Part shown: positions 35,790 through 45,199 of the stretch, piece after piece
How the letters are laid out: each line of letters starts with the position of its first letter
Numbering within the stretch: the first letter of the stretch is position 1
Assembly: GCA_963664705.1 (NCBI GenBank)
Contig: OY761556.1
Coordinates: 3,904,001-3,968,000, forward strand
Direction: 5' to 3'
DNA: 64,000 nt
Source: Acidobacteriota bacterium
GTDB lineage: Bacteria; Acidobacteriota; UBA6911
Notes under the pieces: model-generated
Database searches by the model: none
What the model was told of the DNA's origin: nothing
The model's input: the letters and a program-made list of their open reading frames with translations, nothing else
Made by a program: the position numbers and the translations under genes

Positions 35790-37727
35790 CTAGTCCTTCC
35801 ACAGGTTGTTGGCCGCATACTTGAGCACTACATCCACGCAATTCTCACAGTATCCATTGGAAAGAAGGTTCTCGACCATTACGTTGTATTTCTCCGTCTG
35901 GCTTTCGTCCCTGGTGCGCGCTTTCGTAACAATGCGGCTGATATCCCGCACCGAGGTCATAAGCTTTTTCTCGATCGCTTCTTTCAGCGGCTCATAGCTC
36001 TGATAGCTGACCTTCACCCCTCTGCGGCTTGATGCCCAAAGATAGGCAATGACTTCCTGACGAAAACCATCCGCTGCAGATCCGATAATGGCAATCTGCT
36101 CCTCAATAGACTTCAGGAAGCTTTCATCCGGCTGGAGCTCTTCCTTGGTATTCGGATCCTTCACCTTTGTCTTGTTGACATAGGCTTCGGCATGATCCAG
36201 GTAATTCTGAAACAACGATTCCGCCTGTTCCTGGTACGAGTAAACAAAAGCCCTCGTAATTTCGCCCTCAAGGATCTCCAGGTATTCTTTGTGCAGAACA
36301 TCCTGCAGGAAATCCAGGTATTGCTTTCGCGTGTCATCCGGCAGGTCTTCTTCCTTGGTCCTCATAATGAGGGCTTCCCGCACACTGATTGGATTGATGC
36401 AGTTTCCCTTGATATTGTCGGACAGGGCGTCATCCAGTGCCTTCATGATAAACCTGGTGGAAATGCCATTCATGCCCTCGCTCTTGGCATCATCCCGCAG
36501 CTCATGGATATCAATTTTTTTCGTTCTTCCCTTTTCGACTACCTCTTCCCCGTTATAAAGCTTGAGTTTCGTCATGAGATCGCACTTCGCGGTTGGAGTG
36601 AGCCTGGAAAGAATGGCAAACATCGAAGCAATCTCCAGGGTATGGGGAGCGATGTGTGCCCTAAAATCCGAGTTGTGCAGGATTTTCTGGTAAATCTTCA
36701 CCTCCTCGGAAAGGCGGAGATTATAGGGAACCTTGACGACAACAATGCGGTCGAGAATGGCTTCATTCGTATGATCCGATTTGAACTTTTGCCACTCCGC
36801 TTCGTTGGAGTGCGCCATAATCACGGTATCGACATACACCATGCCATGACGCCCGGGAGCCGGAATGACTTTCTCCTGCGTTGCGGTGATCATGGCATGG
36901 AGGTATTCGGTTTCATTCTTGAATACCTCGATAAACTCCACCATTCCCCGGTTTCCCACATTGAGGGCACCATTCAGATCAAGCACTCGGGGATCCCCTT
37001 CCGAGTACTTATCCAGTTTCGATATATCCTCGCTCCCGATAAGCACAGAGGTATCCTGGTTGTTGGGATCCACTGGAGGAACAACCCCTAACCCCACGCG
37101 GTTTCTCTTTGAAAACGATTTGGCCACGACCGGAACTTCCTCATAGCGCTCTCCATATTGATCCTTTAGCCTGAACCGACAGACCGGGCAAAGGTCTCCT
37201 TCGATTTTGACGCCAAGCATTTTTTCGAATTCTTTCCGGAGATGACGCGGCAGCAGATGCAGAGGATCCTCGGACATCGGGCAATCCTCGATAGCGTAAA
37301 ATGGCCCACTTTCCTCCAGACCCCGCTGCAGTTTTTCTACCAGCGAACTCTTACCGGACCCGACGGGCCCCATGAGGTACAGGACTTGCCGACTCTCCTC
37401 CCCCTTCAGCGACGCGGAATGGAAATACCTCGCAATTTTCGCAACCACTTTTTCAATTCCGAAGAACTGGTCAGAGAAAAACCGGTAGACTTTCAGAGGC
37501 TCATCTTTAAAAAGCCTTTGGACGTGGGGATTGTCAGACTCGTGGATATCCGCAACACCGGCAGCGAGGATAACATCATATATTCTGGAATGTGCAAGCT
37601 TGGCCAGCCCAGGATCCTTTTTGACCAATTCAAGGTACTCGATAAACTTACCTTTCCAGTGCCGGCTCTCCCGGCTGGATCGATCCTCACGGATCATCTG
37701 TTGAAACATGGATTCGCGTTCTTCCAT
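35790..37727 (-). CDS. prkA: PrkA/YeaG family serine kinase/ATPase
   Basis: GPVGSGKSS, NRGMVEFIEVFK, HSNEAEW, EAILDR, GISTRF. Confidence 0.93.
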   Translation of the reverse strand: MEERESMFQQMIREDRSSRESRHWKGKFIEYLELVKKDPGLAKLAHSRIYDVILAAGVADIHESDNPHVQRLFKDEPLKVYRFFSDQFFGIEKVVAKIARYFHSASLKGEESRQVLYLMGPVGSGKSSLVEKLQRGLEESGPFYAIEDCPMSEDPLHLLPRHLRKEFEKMLGVKIEGDLCPVCRFRLKDQYGERYEEVPVVAKSFSKRNRVGLGVVPPVDPNNQDTSVLIGSEDISKLDKYSEGDPRVLDLNGALNVGNRGMVEFIEVFKNETEYLHAMITATQEKVIPAPGRHGMVYVDTVIMAHSNEAEWQKFKSDHTNEAILDRIVVVKVPYNLRLSEEVKIYQKILHNSDFRAHIAPHTLEIASMFAILSRLTPTAKCDLMTKLKLYNGEEVVEKGRTKKIDIHELRDDAKSEGMNGISTRFIMKALDDALSDNIKGNCINPISVREALIMRTKEEDLPDDTRKQYLDFLQDVLHKEYLEILEGEITRAFVYSYQEQAESLFQNYLDHAEAYVNKTKVKDPNTKEELQPDESFLKSIEEQIAIIGSAADGFRQEVIAYLWASSRRGVKVSYQSYEPLKEAIEKKLMTSVRDISRIVTKARTRDESQTEKYNVMVENLLSNGYCENCVDVVLKYAANNLWKD

Positions 37728-38150
37728 CCCGAGCTCCTTCTATATTGAAATTCAGTATCATGCTACCTTATAAGATGCGGCCATCCCCCTCCTTGTTTCG
37801 TTCTTTCCAAAATGGAATTCGTGTGCAGACGCTGAATGGAGGCTCTAGGATGCTGTCGCCCGGCAACCAGGATAAATCCTAATAACTCAACAAATTAAAT
37901 TAGTTACAGATTCATTGACGGCGCGGTGTTTTCATAGAGACCGGAAAGCTTCCGGACTTCACCAAACGCGAAAAATGCTGCCTGAATGGGGAATACATGG
38001 AAAAACAATGGAATGGAGTTAATTCTGGTCCTGTCCCGACCGATTGAACTGGGATCTTTATGGCTAAGGTGTTCTGTTCGTAATTGCCGAATCAAGAAGG
38101 CTATTGCAGCCCAGGCGAAGTGAGGATCAATACCGGCAGGATATCCCAAT

Positions 38151-38185
38151 AGAAACAGAGATAGCCTTCCACGATGGGCTATCCC
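38151..38185 (-). terminator. Intrinsic terminator after the DUF4342 gene
   Basis: Minus strand GGGATAGCC...GGCTATCTC followed by TGTTTCT. Confidence 0.55.
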
Positions 38186-38204
38186 GGTGCTTCAACGGTC
38201 AGTA

Positions 38205-38492
38205 TTAGTTCTGCCCTGAATTGGCGGATTGAGGAGGTTGGTTGCCTGCGACCGCTCGCTCGACCTCGATGGTGCAATCCTTCAACAGCGCAACCAAAGC
38301 CCCAATTGCGGCCAGAACCGGCGCGATCAAGGTACCCACAACTCCGGCGGTCAAAGGAAACTCGGCGACAACGTTGTCTCCCTGCTTGATAACCACCCGT
38401 CGTGCGTTGCCTTCGTGGATGATCTGCTTCAGCTTATCCAGTAATTCGCTTCCCTGAAGCCTTATGGTCTCCCAGATTGTACGTTCCTGCAC
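38205..38492 (-). CDS. DUF4342 domain protein
   Basis: KLKQIIHEGNARRVVIK...EFPLTAGVVG...LAAIGA...CTIEVER. Confidence 0.88.
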   Translation of the reverse strand: MQERTIWETIRLQGSELLDKLKQIIHEGNARRVVIKQGDNVVAEFPLTAGVVGTLIAPVLAAIGALVALLKDCTIEVERAVAGNQPPQSANSGQN

Positions 38493-38545
38493 AATTCTGC
38501 TCCCTAGCCTGCGGGCTCAAATAGCGAAATCAATGCATTAAATCC

Positions 38546-38875
38546 TTACCGCTTGGATCGGGCCTGGGCGGTACGGACTTTGCGCGCGGTTCCCCTGTGC
38601 TTCAAGGGTTCCCATCGACGCCGGATATTTTCGCGCCCCATCTCTTTCAATCTGCGAGCGCCCTTGGATAAACCAAGTCTGTGGCCTTTGAATACGACCG
38701 AGGATACCTTTCGCCCGAGGATTCCGGCTATTTCCGCATTGCTGTGAGTGCGATAGAGCCGTTTAAGAAGAGATACCTCTTCCTTTGTCCAACGGGGACG
38801 TACCCTGTGACTTTTAGCCTTACTGTTTTTTGTAATTCGAGGCAATTCCCAACTCCTTATAATGCGAAATTTCAT
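38546..38875 (-). CDS. Small basic protein with a SANT/Myb-like helix-turn-helix; start uncertain
   Basis: RWTKEEVSLLKRLY...NAEIAGILGR..SSV..K..RLGL. Confidence 0.7.
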   Translation of the reverse strand: MKFRIIRSWELPRITKNSKAKSHRVRPRWTKEEVSLLKRLYRTHSNAEIAGILGRKVSSVVFKGHRLGLSKGARRLKEMGRENIRRRWEPLKHRGTARKVRTAQARSKR

Positions 38876-38990
38876 CAGTCCTTACGTAGGAACTTGCTTT
38901 TTATAGCGTAGTCTTTTTGCAACTGTATTTCAATGACCAATTTGCGTTATATTCCATCCTGCGGAATTTGCTAGAGGATGTGTATAACAC

Positions 38991-40052
38991 ATGTATGACA
39001 AAAAAACCATATCACATTTTCGCCGGAAACTACTGAATTGGTATCGGTTATACCATCGAGATCTTCCATGGCGCAAAAGCACCAATCCCTACTGGGTTTG
39101 GATTTCAGAAATCATGCTGCAACAGACGCAGGTACGCACGGTCCTGCCCTATTATGAGCGTTTTCTTAATCGTTTCCCTGATGTCGAATCACTAGCGGTA
39201 GCCGAGGAAGCAGAAGTCCTTCAGCTGTGGTCAGGACTCGGCTATTACAGCCGCGCAAAAAATATACTGAAAGCCGCCCGGAAGATTAGGGACACTTATG
39301 GGCATTTCCCTGAAGATTTCAGCCAGGTCATGGCTCTGCCCGGCATTGGAAGATATACGGCGGGGGCCATTTGCTCCATTGCCTTTAACCAACCCTTGCC
39401 GATCGTGGACGGAAATATCCGGCGCGTACTGACACGGTTGCATGGGATCACCGGGAAAGTCGCGGAAAGGCACTTCTGGGATACCATGTCCGAACTGGTC
39501 CCTCACTCAAACCCATCCAGTTTCAACCAGGCAATGATGGAGCTTGGCGCCTTGGTCTGCACCCCCAGTCAACCAGGGTGTTCGGATTGCCCGGTCCTGG
39601 CCTTTTGCAGGGCAAGGGAAATGGGAATTCAGACAAGCGTTCCGGGAGTTTGGAAAAACCAGAAAAGCAGAAAAGTGACAATTGTCCTGGTCGTTCTGGA
39701 ATGGGCAGGAAAGATACTCGTTTCGGCGGCGAGCAAAGATCGCCTGATTCCAGGATCATGGGCTATTCCCTGGCAAAGGCTGGGCAAGGCTGAGGTGGCA
39801 GAAATTGCTGCGTTGAGTATATGCGAAGGAATTGTTGGAGCGGCGGTCCCGCTTCGGCCTCTCCGTTCGTTGCGGCACAGCATCACAACCAACCAAATCA
39901 CCGGTCTAGTCTATTCGGGCGTAATCCACGCCTCCGATTTGGGGACAATGCTATCTTCCCCAGATACTTATCGCTGGGTGGCAAAATCTGAGGCTCTGAA
40001 ACTATTGACCTCTTCTCTTTTTCACAAAGCCCTGAAAACAGATGACATGTAA
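38991..40052 (+). CDS. mutY: A/G-specific adenine glycosylase
   Basis: RDLPWR, SEIMLQQT, WSGLGYYSRA, LPGIGRYTA, VDGNIRRV, C-x6-C-x2-C-x5-C Fe-S motif. Confidence 0.95.
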   Translation: MYDKKTISHFRRKLLNWYRLYHRDLPWRKSTNPYWVWISEIMLQQTQVRTVLPYYERFLNRFPDVESLAVAEEAEVLQLWSGLGYYSRAKNILKAARKIRDTYGHFPEDFSQVMALPGIGRYTAGAICSIAFNQPLPIVDGNIRRVLTRLHGITGKVAERHFWDTMSELVPHSNPSSFNQAMMELGALVCTPSQPGCSDCPVLAFCRAREMGIQTSVPGVWKNQKSRKVTIVLVVLEWAGKILVSAASKDRLIPGSWAIPWQRLGKAEVAEIAALSICEGIVGAAVPLRPLRSLRHSITTNQITGLVYSGVIHASDLGTMLSSPDTYRWVAKSEALKLLTSSLFHKALKTDDM

Positions 40053-40099
40053 AAGGATCCGCCCGTCCGTTTCCCCAATGGGAAGACCCCGCAAAACGT

Positions 40100-40594
40100 T
40101 TAGTGCTGCTGCGGAGGCGGTGGAGGCATTCCCATCCCCCTGCCACCATCCCTGCCGCCATCCCTGCCGCCAAAGGGGGAGTGTCGCAGTCTTGAGTTCA
40201 TTTCCTTCCAAAGCCCCTCGAATTTCTTCTGCTGCTCCGGGTTGAGAACCGCCATCAATTTTTTGTTGGTTTCGGTGAATATGGCCTCAATCTTCGGCTG
40301 TTGAGCGGAAAATATCCCCTCGATTTTAGGCCGATCCTGCGCCCGAATGTCGTCCATCTGCTTCCGAGACTCTGCCATAATCCTTCCGAATTCCGCCTCC
40401 TGATCGGGCGTCAGCTCCAGCAGTTCTTTCATTCTCTGCCGGCCCTGCGGCGGTCCCGGAGGATAATTCTGGCTGAACCTCTTATCCGCGCCTCTTGAAT
40501 GACTCAATCCGAGGTACATGCCTCCGGCTCCCATCACGCACCCCAACAAAAAAACGGCAATCAGGACAGCCAGCGCTCGAGGGCGGTTGGTCAT
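40100..40594 (-). CDS. Membrane-anchored periplasmic protein, Spy/CpxP-like
   Basis: N-terminal TM helix, LELTPDQ and LNPEQ motifs, Gly/Pro-rich tail. Confidence 0.75.
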   Translation of the reverse strand: MTNRPRALAVLIAVFLLGCVMGAGGMYLGLSHSRGADKRFSQNYPPGPPQGRQRMKELLELTPDQEAEFGRIMAESRKQMDDIRAQDRPKIEGIFSAQQPKIEAIFTETNKKLMAVLNPEQQKKFEGLWKEMNSRLRHSPFGGRDGGRDGGRGMGMPPPPPQQH

Positions 40595-41055
40595 TGTGAA
40601 GCTCCCTCCTGTTCAAGCCAGAGGATAAGATCGTTTTCGCTATGAGCCTTCGACAGCGTGCTTTGGGAAAGAGCCTGGATATGTCCGGCATCCGCCTCTT
40701 CCATCAGAGTCTCGTATTCGTTGTAGGCACTCACAGGCCGGCTTCCCGTCATGAGCCATAGGGATGAAAGGAACACCCCGACCAGCAAAAGAGCCGCCAA
40801 TGCAGGCACCGGGCGAAGCCAGGAAATAACGTCGGAAGCCCAGCTGGTTTCAGGCTGAAACGCTTTGCGGGCAATCTGGTCCGCAAGATTCAACGGCCGA
40901 ATTTCCTCGCTCTTTAGAAGAGCAACGACGTTATTGAGCAGCAGGTTCCTGGCCCGGCATTCCTCACAACCATCAAGATGCAATTCGAACTGCTTCCGAT
41001 CATTGGAACCCAGTTCATTATCCCGATATCTATCAAACAGTTCACAAATGCTCAT
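40591..41055 (-). CDS. zf-HC2 (ZAS) anti-sigma factor
   Basis: HLDGCEEC (HxxxCxxC) plus a TM helix; follows the ECF sigma gene. Confidence 0.85.
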   Translation of the reverse strand: MSICELFDRYRDNELGSNDRKQFELHLDGCEECRARNLLLNNVVALLKSEEIRPLNLADQIARKAFQPETSWASDVISWLRPVPALAALLLVGVFLSSLWLMTGSRPVSAYNEYETLMEEADAGHIQALSQSTLSKAHSENDLILWLEQEGASQ

Positions 41056-41059
41056 ATTT

Positions 41060-41668
41060 TTATGTTCGCTCCTTTCTCTTATTGCCCGAAAGATAGGCGC
41101 GAAACTTTTTTTGCAGTTCAACTCTAGCTCTGGAAACACGTACCCTGGCCGCCACCTCGGATGTGCCCAACATTGCCGCCACCTCTTCGTAAGGCCTATC
41201 CTCTACTTCCCTCAATACAAATGCGGCTTTGTATTTGGGATTCAGCCCCTCCAGCAGATGCTGGGCAACCTGCGCATATTTATCGCTGCCCTCCATGCTG
41301 GATGCCCCCCAATCCCCTTCGTTGGAAAGGTCTTTGAGCAACCGCTCCTGATCGAACTCGCTAAGTTCCGACCAAAGCTGGGTTTTCCGGCCTTTTCTCC
41401 GCCGAAGTTGATCGATGCAGTGGTTTGTTGCGATGCGTAAGACCCAGGGGCCGAAGGGCAGCTTGAGGTCGAATTTGCGAAGCGCATTGAAGGCTCGAAG
41501 GAAAACCTCCTGGACGGCATCCTCGTTTTCCGACGAGTTGCCCAATATCCTGTGGACGGTTCCCCACACAGCCGCCTGGTATCGACGCACCAACTCGGCA
41601 AAAGCTCCTTGATCCCCTTTGAGCGTGCTCTCGATCAGGTCCGAATCTGCCGAATCCACCATGCTCAT
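41060..41668 (-). CDS. ECF RNA polymerase sigma factor
   Basis: GDQGAFAELVRRY, EDAVQEVF, WVLRIATNHCID, YEEVA...RVSRAR. Confidence 0.93.
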   Translation of the reverse strand: MSMVDSADSDLIESTLKGDQGAFAELVRRYQAAVWGTVHRILGNSSENEDAVQEVFLRAFNALRKFDLKLPFGPWVLRIATNHCIDQLRRRKGRKTQLWSELSEFDQERLLKDLSNEGDWGASSMEGSDKYAQVAQHLLEGLNPKYKAAFVLREVEDRPYEEVAAMLGTSEVAARVRVSRARVELQKKFRAYLSGNKRKERT

Positions 41669-41674
41669 TAATCA

Positions 41675-41701
41675 GTTACGGGAGGAGGCCAAGTTGTTAC
41701 A
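41675..41701 (-). promoter_or_regulatory. Possible ECF-type autoregulatory promoter
   Basis: Minus strand TGTAAC-N15-CGTAAC ending 6 nt before the ATG; spacing is slightly short of typical. Confidence 0.35.
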
Positions 41702-41802
41702 GAAAACTCTTATGAGAAAAGATCCACAACGCCCCAACCGTCCTTTCCCTGATCCATGCTAATGGAAGCAAGTACCTTGCCGCTGGGACTTAATCTAACA
41801 TG

Positions 41803-42504
41803 CTATGACGCTGTGGCCCGCATAAATTCAATAATCGCCTCAGCCTGCGTCAGGTCAGGTACCAGCAAATCCGGCTTATGCGACTCAAGATCCTGCAGGC
41901 TGTATCTTGCACTGGCAACAGCAATTACCCTGGCGCCTGCCGCGCGTCCATGAATAATATCCAGTGGCGTATCCCCAATCACAAAAGTAGCCTCAACCCT
42001 GGCTGGGGAGACAAACCGGATCCCTCGCTCAATGCCGATTCGGGTCAGGCTTGTTCGGTTCTCCGCATCGGATCCATATCCGCCAAATTGAAAAAACTGA
42101 TAAAGCCCTGCATTTTCAAGCTTTATTCTGGCTCCCTTTTCGAGGTTTCCCGTCACAAGCCCCATGGCAAAGTCGTCCTGCCGGGAGAGCTGCTCGAGCA
42201 GATCGACTACGCCGGGAAGAATACGAATCAACCCTTCCATCCTTGCCTTGGCCATTTCCTCGCCCAGGAAAGTCAAATAGGAGGAGAAGAGCGCATCCTT
42301 CGTCGTCTCAGACCATTGATGATCCAGGTTAGCGCAAGCCATCAGTTCCCTGGCAATGAGCGGGTCGGTTTTCCCGTCCGGGTTAATGGCTTGGCCATCC
42401 ACGGATACATTGAATAAAAAATCCAGAGCGCGGTAATAAGATCTCATCCCCGCATGCCCTGTGGTTATCAATGTCCCATCTATATCGAAAAGCGCCAGAC
42501 GCAT
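41803..42504 (-). CDS. HAD family hydrolase
   Basis: LFDIDGTL, VTGN, IGDTPLD. Confidence 0.9.
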   Translation of the reverse strand: MRLALFDIDGTLITTGHAGMRSYYRALDFLFNVSVDGQAINPDGKTDPLIARELMACANLDHQWSETTKDALFSSYLTFLGEEMAKARMEGLIRILPGVVDLLEQLSRQDDFAMGLVTGNLEKGARIKLENAGLYQFFQFGGYGSDAENRTSLTRIGIERGIRFVSPARVEATFVIGDTPLDIIHGRAAGARVIAVASARYSLQDLESHKPDLLVPDLTQAEAIIEFMRATAS

Positions 42505-42530
42505 AAGAAACCGGGTATCCTTGGTATTGC

Positions 42531-43112
42531 CTATTTCACGACAGCGGCTGATTTCACCACGATGTTTTGCAGCGGAATATTGGAAAACTGCCCCTTATTC
42601 CCGGTTTTCACGGCCGCGATCTTATCCACAACATCCATTCCCTCAAGCACCTTCCCGAAAACCGCATACCCAAAATCAGTCCCGGTGGGATCGAGATGCG
42701 CGTTGTTCTTCAGGTTGATAAAAAACTGAGAAGTGGCACTATCCGGGTTGTCATAGCGGGCCATCGCCAGAGTCCCGCGCAGATTCTTGAGGCCATTCTT
42801 GGATTCGTTCTTGATAGCCGGCAGCGTGGGGCGGCCCATCAGATTCTCGGTATAGCCACCCATGCCTATCACGAAATCAATTCGATGAACGATGGTGCCG
42901 TTGTAGTAGCCAAGATTGACATAATCAAGAAAGTTTTTAACGGTAATGGGGGCTTTTGCGGGGAATAGCTCAACCTTAATAGCGCCCATGGAAGTATCCA
43001 GCAGCACCATAGGGTTCGGCTGTGTCTTCGGTGTTTGCGCAAAACCTGAAAGGACCAGCGCTGCAACGAATAGGATCGACAGGCATGCCGTAAATACTTT
43101 TGCTCGGTTCAT
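42531..43112 (-). CDS. Cyclophilin-type peptidyl-prolyl isomerase, exported
   Basis: APITVKNF, RGTLAMAR, SATSQFFIN, GYAVFGKV; signal peptide. Confidence 0.92.
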   Translation of the reverse strand: MNRAKVFTACLSILFVAALVLSGFAQTPKTQPNPMVLLDTSMGAIKVELFPAKAPITVKNFLDYVNLGYYNGTIVHRIDFVIGMGGYTENLMGRPTLPAIKNESKNGLKNLRGTLAMARYDNPDSATSQFFINLKNNAHLDPTGTDFGYAVFGKVLEGMDVVDKIAAVKTGNKGQFSNIPLQNIVVKSAAVVK

Positions 43113-43350
43113 AGCACTTCCTCCTGTTTTCATGTCCGGGAATTGGGACATGCCGCTCGCAAGGCACTTGCAGGCCAGATCAAAGCGTAAGGACCACGAT
43201 ATAGCCTAATTCGGCACATGCTCCCAGCAGTCTAAACTGAGCGCCAAGGCAGGATAAAGCGGAAAAAATGCAAACCCACGAGTTCCCCCAGTTATTTCGG
43301 AACTATTGCTGCGGGCGGTCAAACCCTCCAACATGCAGTGCTGCGAGAAC

Positions 43351-43391
43351 AAAAAAATGCCAGCCTCATTTGTAGATTTGTGAGGCTGGCA
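43351..43391 (-). terminator. Intrinsic terminator
   Basis: TGCCAGCCTCA / TGAGGCTGGCA perfect 11-bp stem with an A7 run (U-tract on the minus strand). Confidence 0.8.
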
Positions 43392-43397
43392 GGCGAA

Positions 43398-43832
43398 CTA
43401 ATAGTGGATATGCAGATGAGCTTTTACGATTCGACGTACGCCGGGCTGAATGCCTTCCCACCTGGAACTGGAACTCTTTCGAATCACGATAATTTTCTGG
43501 TCAAGAGTCAGTTCTTCGACTCCAGGCAGATCAAACAGATCCTTCAACAGTCCGTCGTCTGTAACAGGAACCTCAAGCCGGCTATGGTATTGGTGTGATG
43601 TTTCGGTCAGCTTTGTTCCCAGGTAGAACATTCCGACATCCGAAGCCGGGCTGAGGGAATCGGAAACCACTCCGGAATCCGCTTCCTCTTCGACCCCGGT
43701 ATTTCTGGTCCCATAATAGCGAAATACAAAGGTAACCAGGACGACCAGGGCCGCAATGAGGACCAGGAAAAAAAGCAGGTTCGTTACTTCATACTTCTTC
43801 AGGCGTCTTCTTCCGGAACCGGGATTGCTCAA
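43398..43832 (-). CDS. Membrane-anchored protein with an Nfu/NifU N-terminal-like domain
   Basis: TM helix, then LLKDLFDLPGVEELTL...IVIRK....WEGIQPGV; TTG start with GGAGAGG RBS. Confidence 0.65.
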   Translation of the reverse strand: MSNPGSGRRRLKKYEVTNLLFFLVLIAALVVLVTFVFRYYGTRNTGVEEEADSGVVSDSLSPASDVGMFYLGTKLTETSHQYHSRLEVPVTDDGLLKDLFDLPGVEELTLDQKIIVIRKSSSSRWEGIQPGVRRIVKAHLHIHY

Positions 43833-43889
43833 TTCCTCTCCAGTGGAGGCGTCTATGCCATGCCCTCCGGTAGAATCACAATTGTACGA

Positions 43890-45125
43890 CTACTCATATC
43901 GCAGACACTCGATTGGATCCAGGTTCGAAGCTTGAACGGCCGGATAAATTCCAAAAATCAGACCGATAAGCGAACTGACTCCGAAGGACAACCCAATGGA
44001 TCCGGTTGTAATGATTGTGCTCCATCCGGAGAAAACAGACACGGCTTTCGAAATACCATAGCCTAGCGCAACTCCTATCAAACCGCCCGCCAGACTAATA
44101 GCAATAGCTTCGGCCATGAACTGCATCCGGATATCGAACTTCTTGGCACCGATGGCACGCCGCAATCCTATCTCATTGGTTCTTTCCAGAACAGAGGCGA
44201 GCATGATGTTCATGATCCCGATGCCGCCGACCAGCAGAGAGATACTGGCAATAGCACCCATTACGACATTGAAGATCCCCTGCGTCCTCTGGTTCTGTTC
44301 CAGGAGCTTTTCAGGGACAACGATTGAGTAATCATCCACATATCGGTGCATAACCGACATGAGATTGTTGATTGTAGAAGCCTGCTCTTTGATATTAGCT
44401 TCTGGGCCGATCTGAACCACAATTTCATTCAGTTCGTTCTCTATTGATTCGGTGTCGAATTTTCTGACCGCGGTAGTAATCGGGATGTAAATATCGTTAT
44501 TCGGATTCTGGACTTTTACTCCTTCGAATTCCTGTTTATCTACGACGGAATCAGCCAGTACCCCGACAACGGTCATCCAGATGTCATTGATTTTGATCTG
44601 TTTGTTCAGCACATCCCCGAAGCCGAACAGTTTCTGCTTGGCCACGATTCCGAGGACGCAGACTTGGGCGTTGGCTTGCTCATCTGACTGAAGGAAAAAA
44701 GACCCCTGCAGCAGTTTCAGATTCTGGATGATCGGATAGGTACTGCTTACGCCAAGAACTCGGCTGTCGCTGCGCGCTTTTTCCGAATTGATCTGATAAG
44801 TCTTGACCAACCGGCTTGCAGAAATGAGCGGTTTCGGCTTCAGAATTGTTCCGAGCGCATCGACATCCCGCAGACTGACTCCGAGTGATTCGGTGCGGAT
44901 CTGCTTCAGCTCTTCGCTTTTGAATTCCTTGGCTTGAATGATGATGTTTCGGATTCCGAAATTTTCGATGATTTTCAGGCTCTCGTGTTCCGCACCGGCA
45001 CCGATCGAAAGCATCGCGATCACGGCACCTACACCGAAGATCATCCCAAGCATGGTCAGAAACGAACGGAGTTTGTGTCGTCCCAGGCTGGCCAAAGCGC
45101 CAATCATTGTCTCTGCTGATATCAT
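43890..45125 (-). CDS. MacB/FtsX-type ABC permease without a nucleotide-binding domain
   Basis: RSFLTMLGMIFGVGAVIAM, ISLLVGGIGIMNIMLASVLERTNEIGLRRAIGA, FGIYPA...LDPIECLRYE. Confidence 0.93.
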   Translation of the reverse strand: MISAETMIGALASLGRHKLRSFLTMLGMIFGVGAVIAMLSIGAGAEHESLKIIENFGIRNIIIQAKEFKSEELKQIRTESLGVSLRDVDALGTILKPKPLISASRLVKTYQINSEKARSDSRVLGVSSTYPIIQNLKLLQGSFFLQSDEQANAQVCVLGIVAKQKLFGFGDVLNKQIKINDIWMTVVGVLADSVVDKQEFEGVKVQNPNNDIYIPITTAVRKFDTESIENELNEIVVQIGPEANIKEQASTINNLMSVMHRYVDDYSIVVPEKLLEQNQRTQGIFNVVMGAIASISLLVGGIGIMNIMLASVLERTNEIGLRRAIGAKKFDIRMQFMAEAIAISLAGGLIGVALGYGISKAVSVFSGWSTIITTGSIGLSFGVSSLIGLIFGIYPAVQASNLDPIECLRYE

Positions 45126-45199
45126 ATAAAATCTGACCTCATATTCTCAGAAGCAGCTATGTCAGAATCAATCCAATATTTTATGTATGCGCGATCCGG

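Noticed and set aside
2535-37091. Long antisense ORFs (e.g. 2535-3629, 4527-5435, 13708-14757, 19410-20555, 36192-37091)
   Set aside because: Each lies opposite a well-supported gene, shows no motifs, and is expected from codon bias.
33145-37727. prkA-yeaH-spoVR as a novel or sporulation system
   Set aside because: It is a well-known, widespread triad that also occurs in non-sporulating bacteria.
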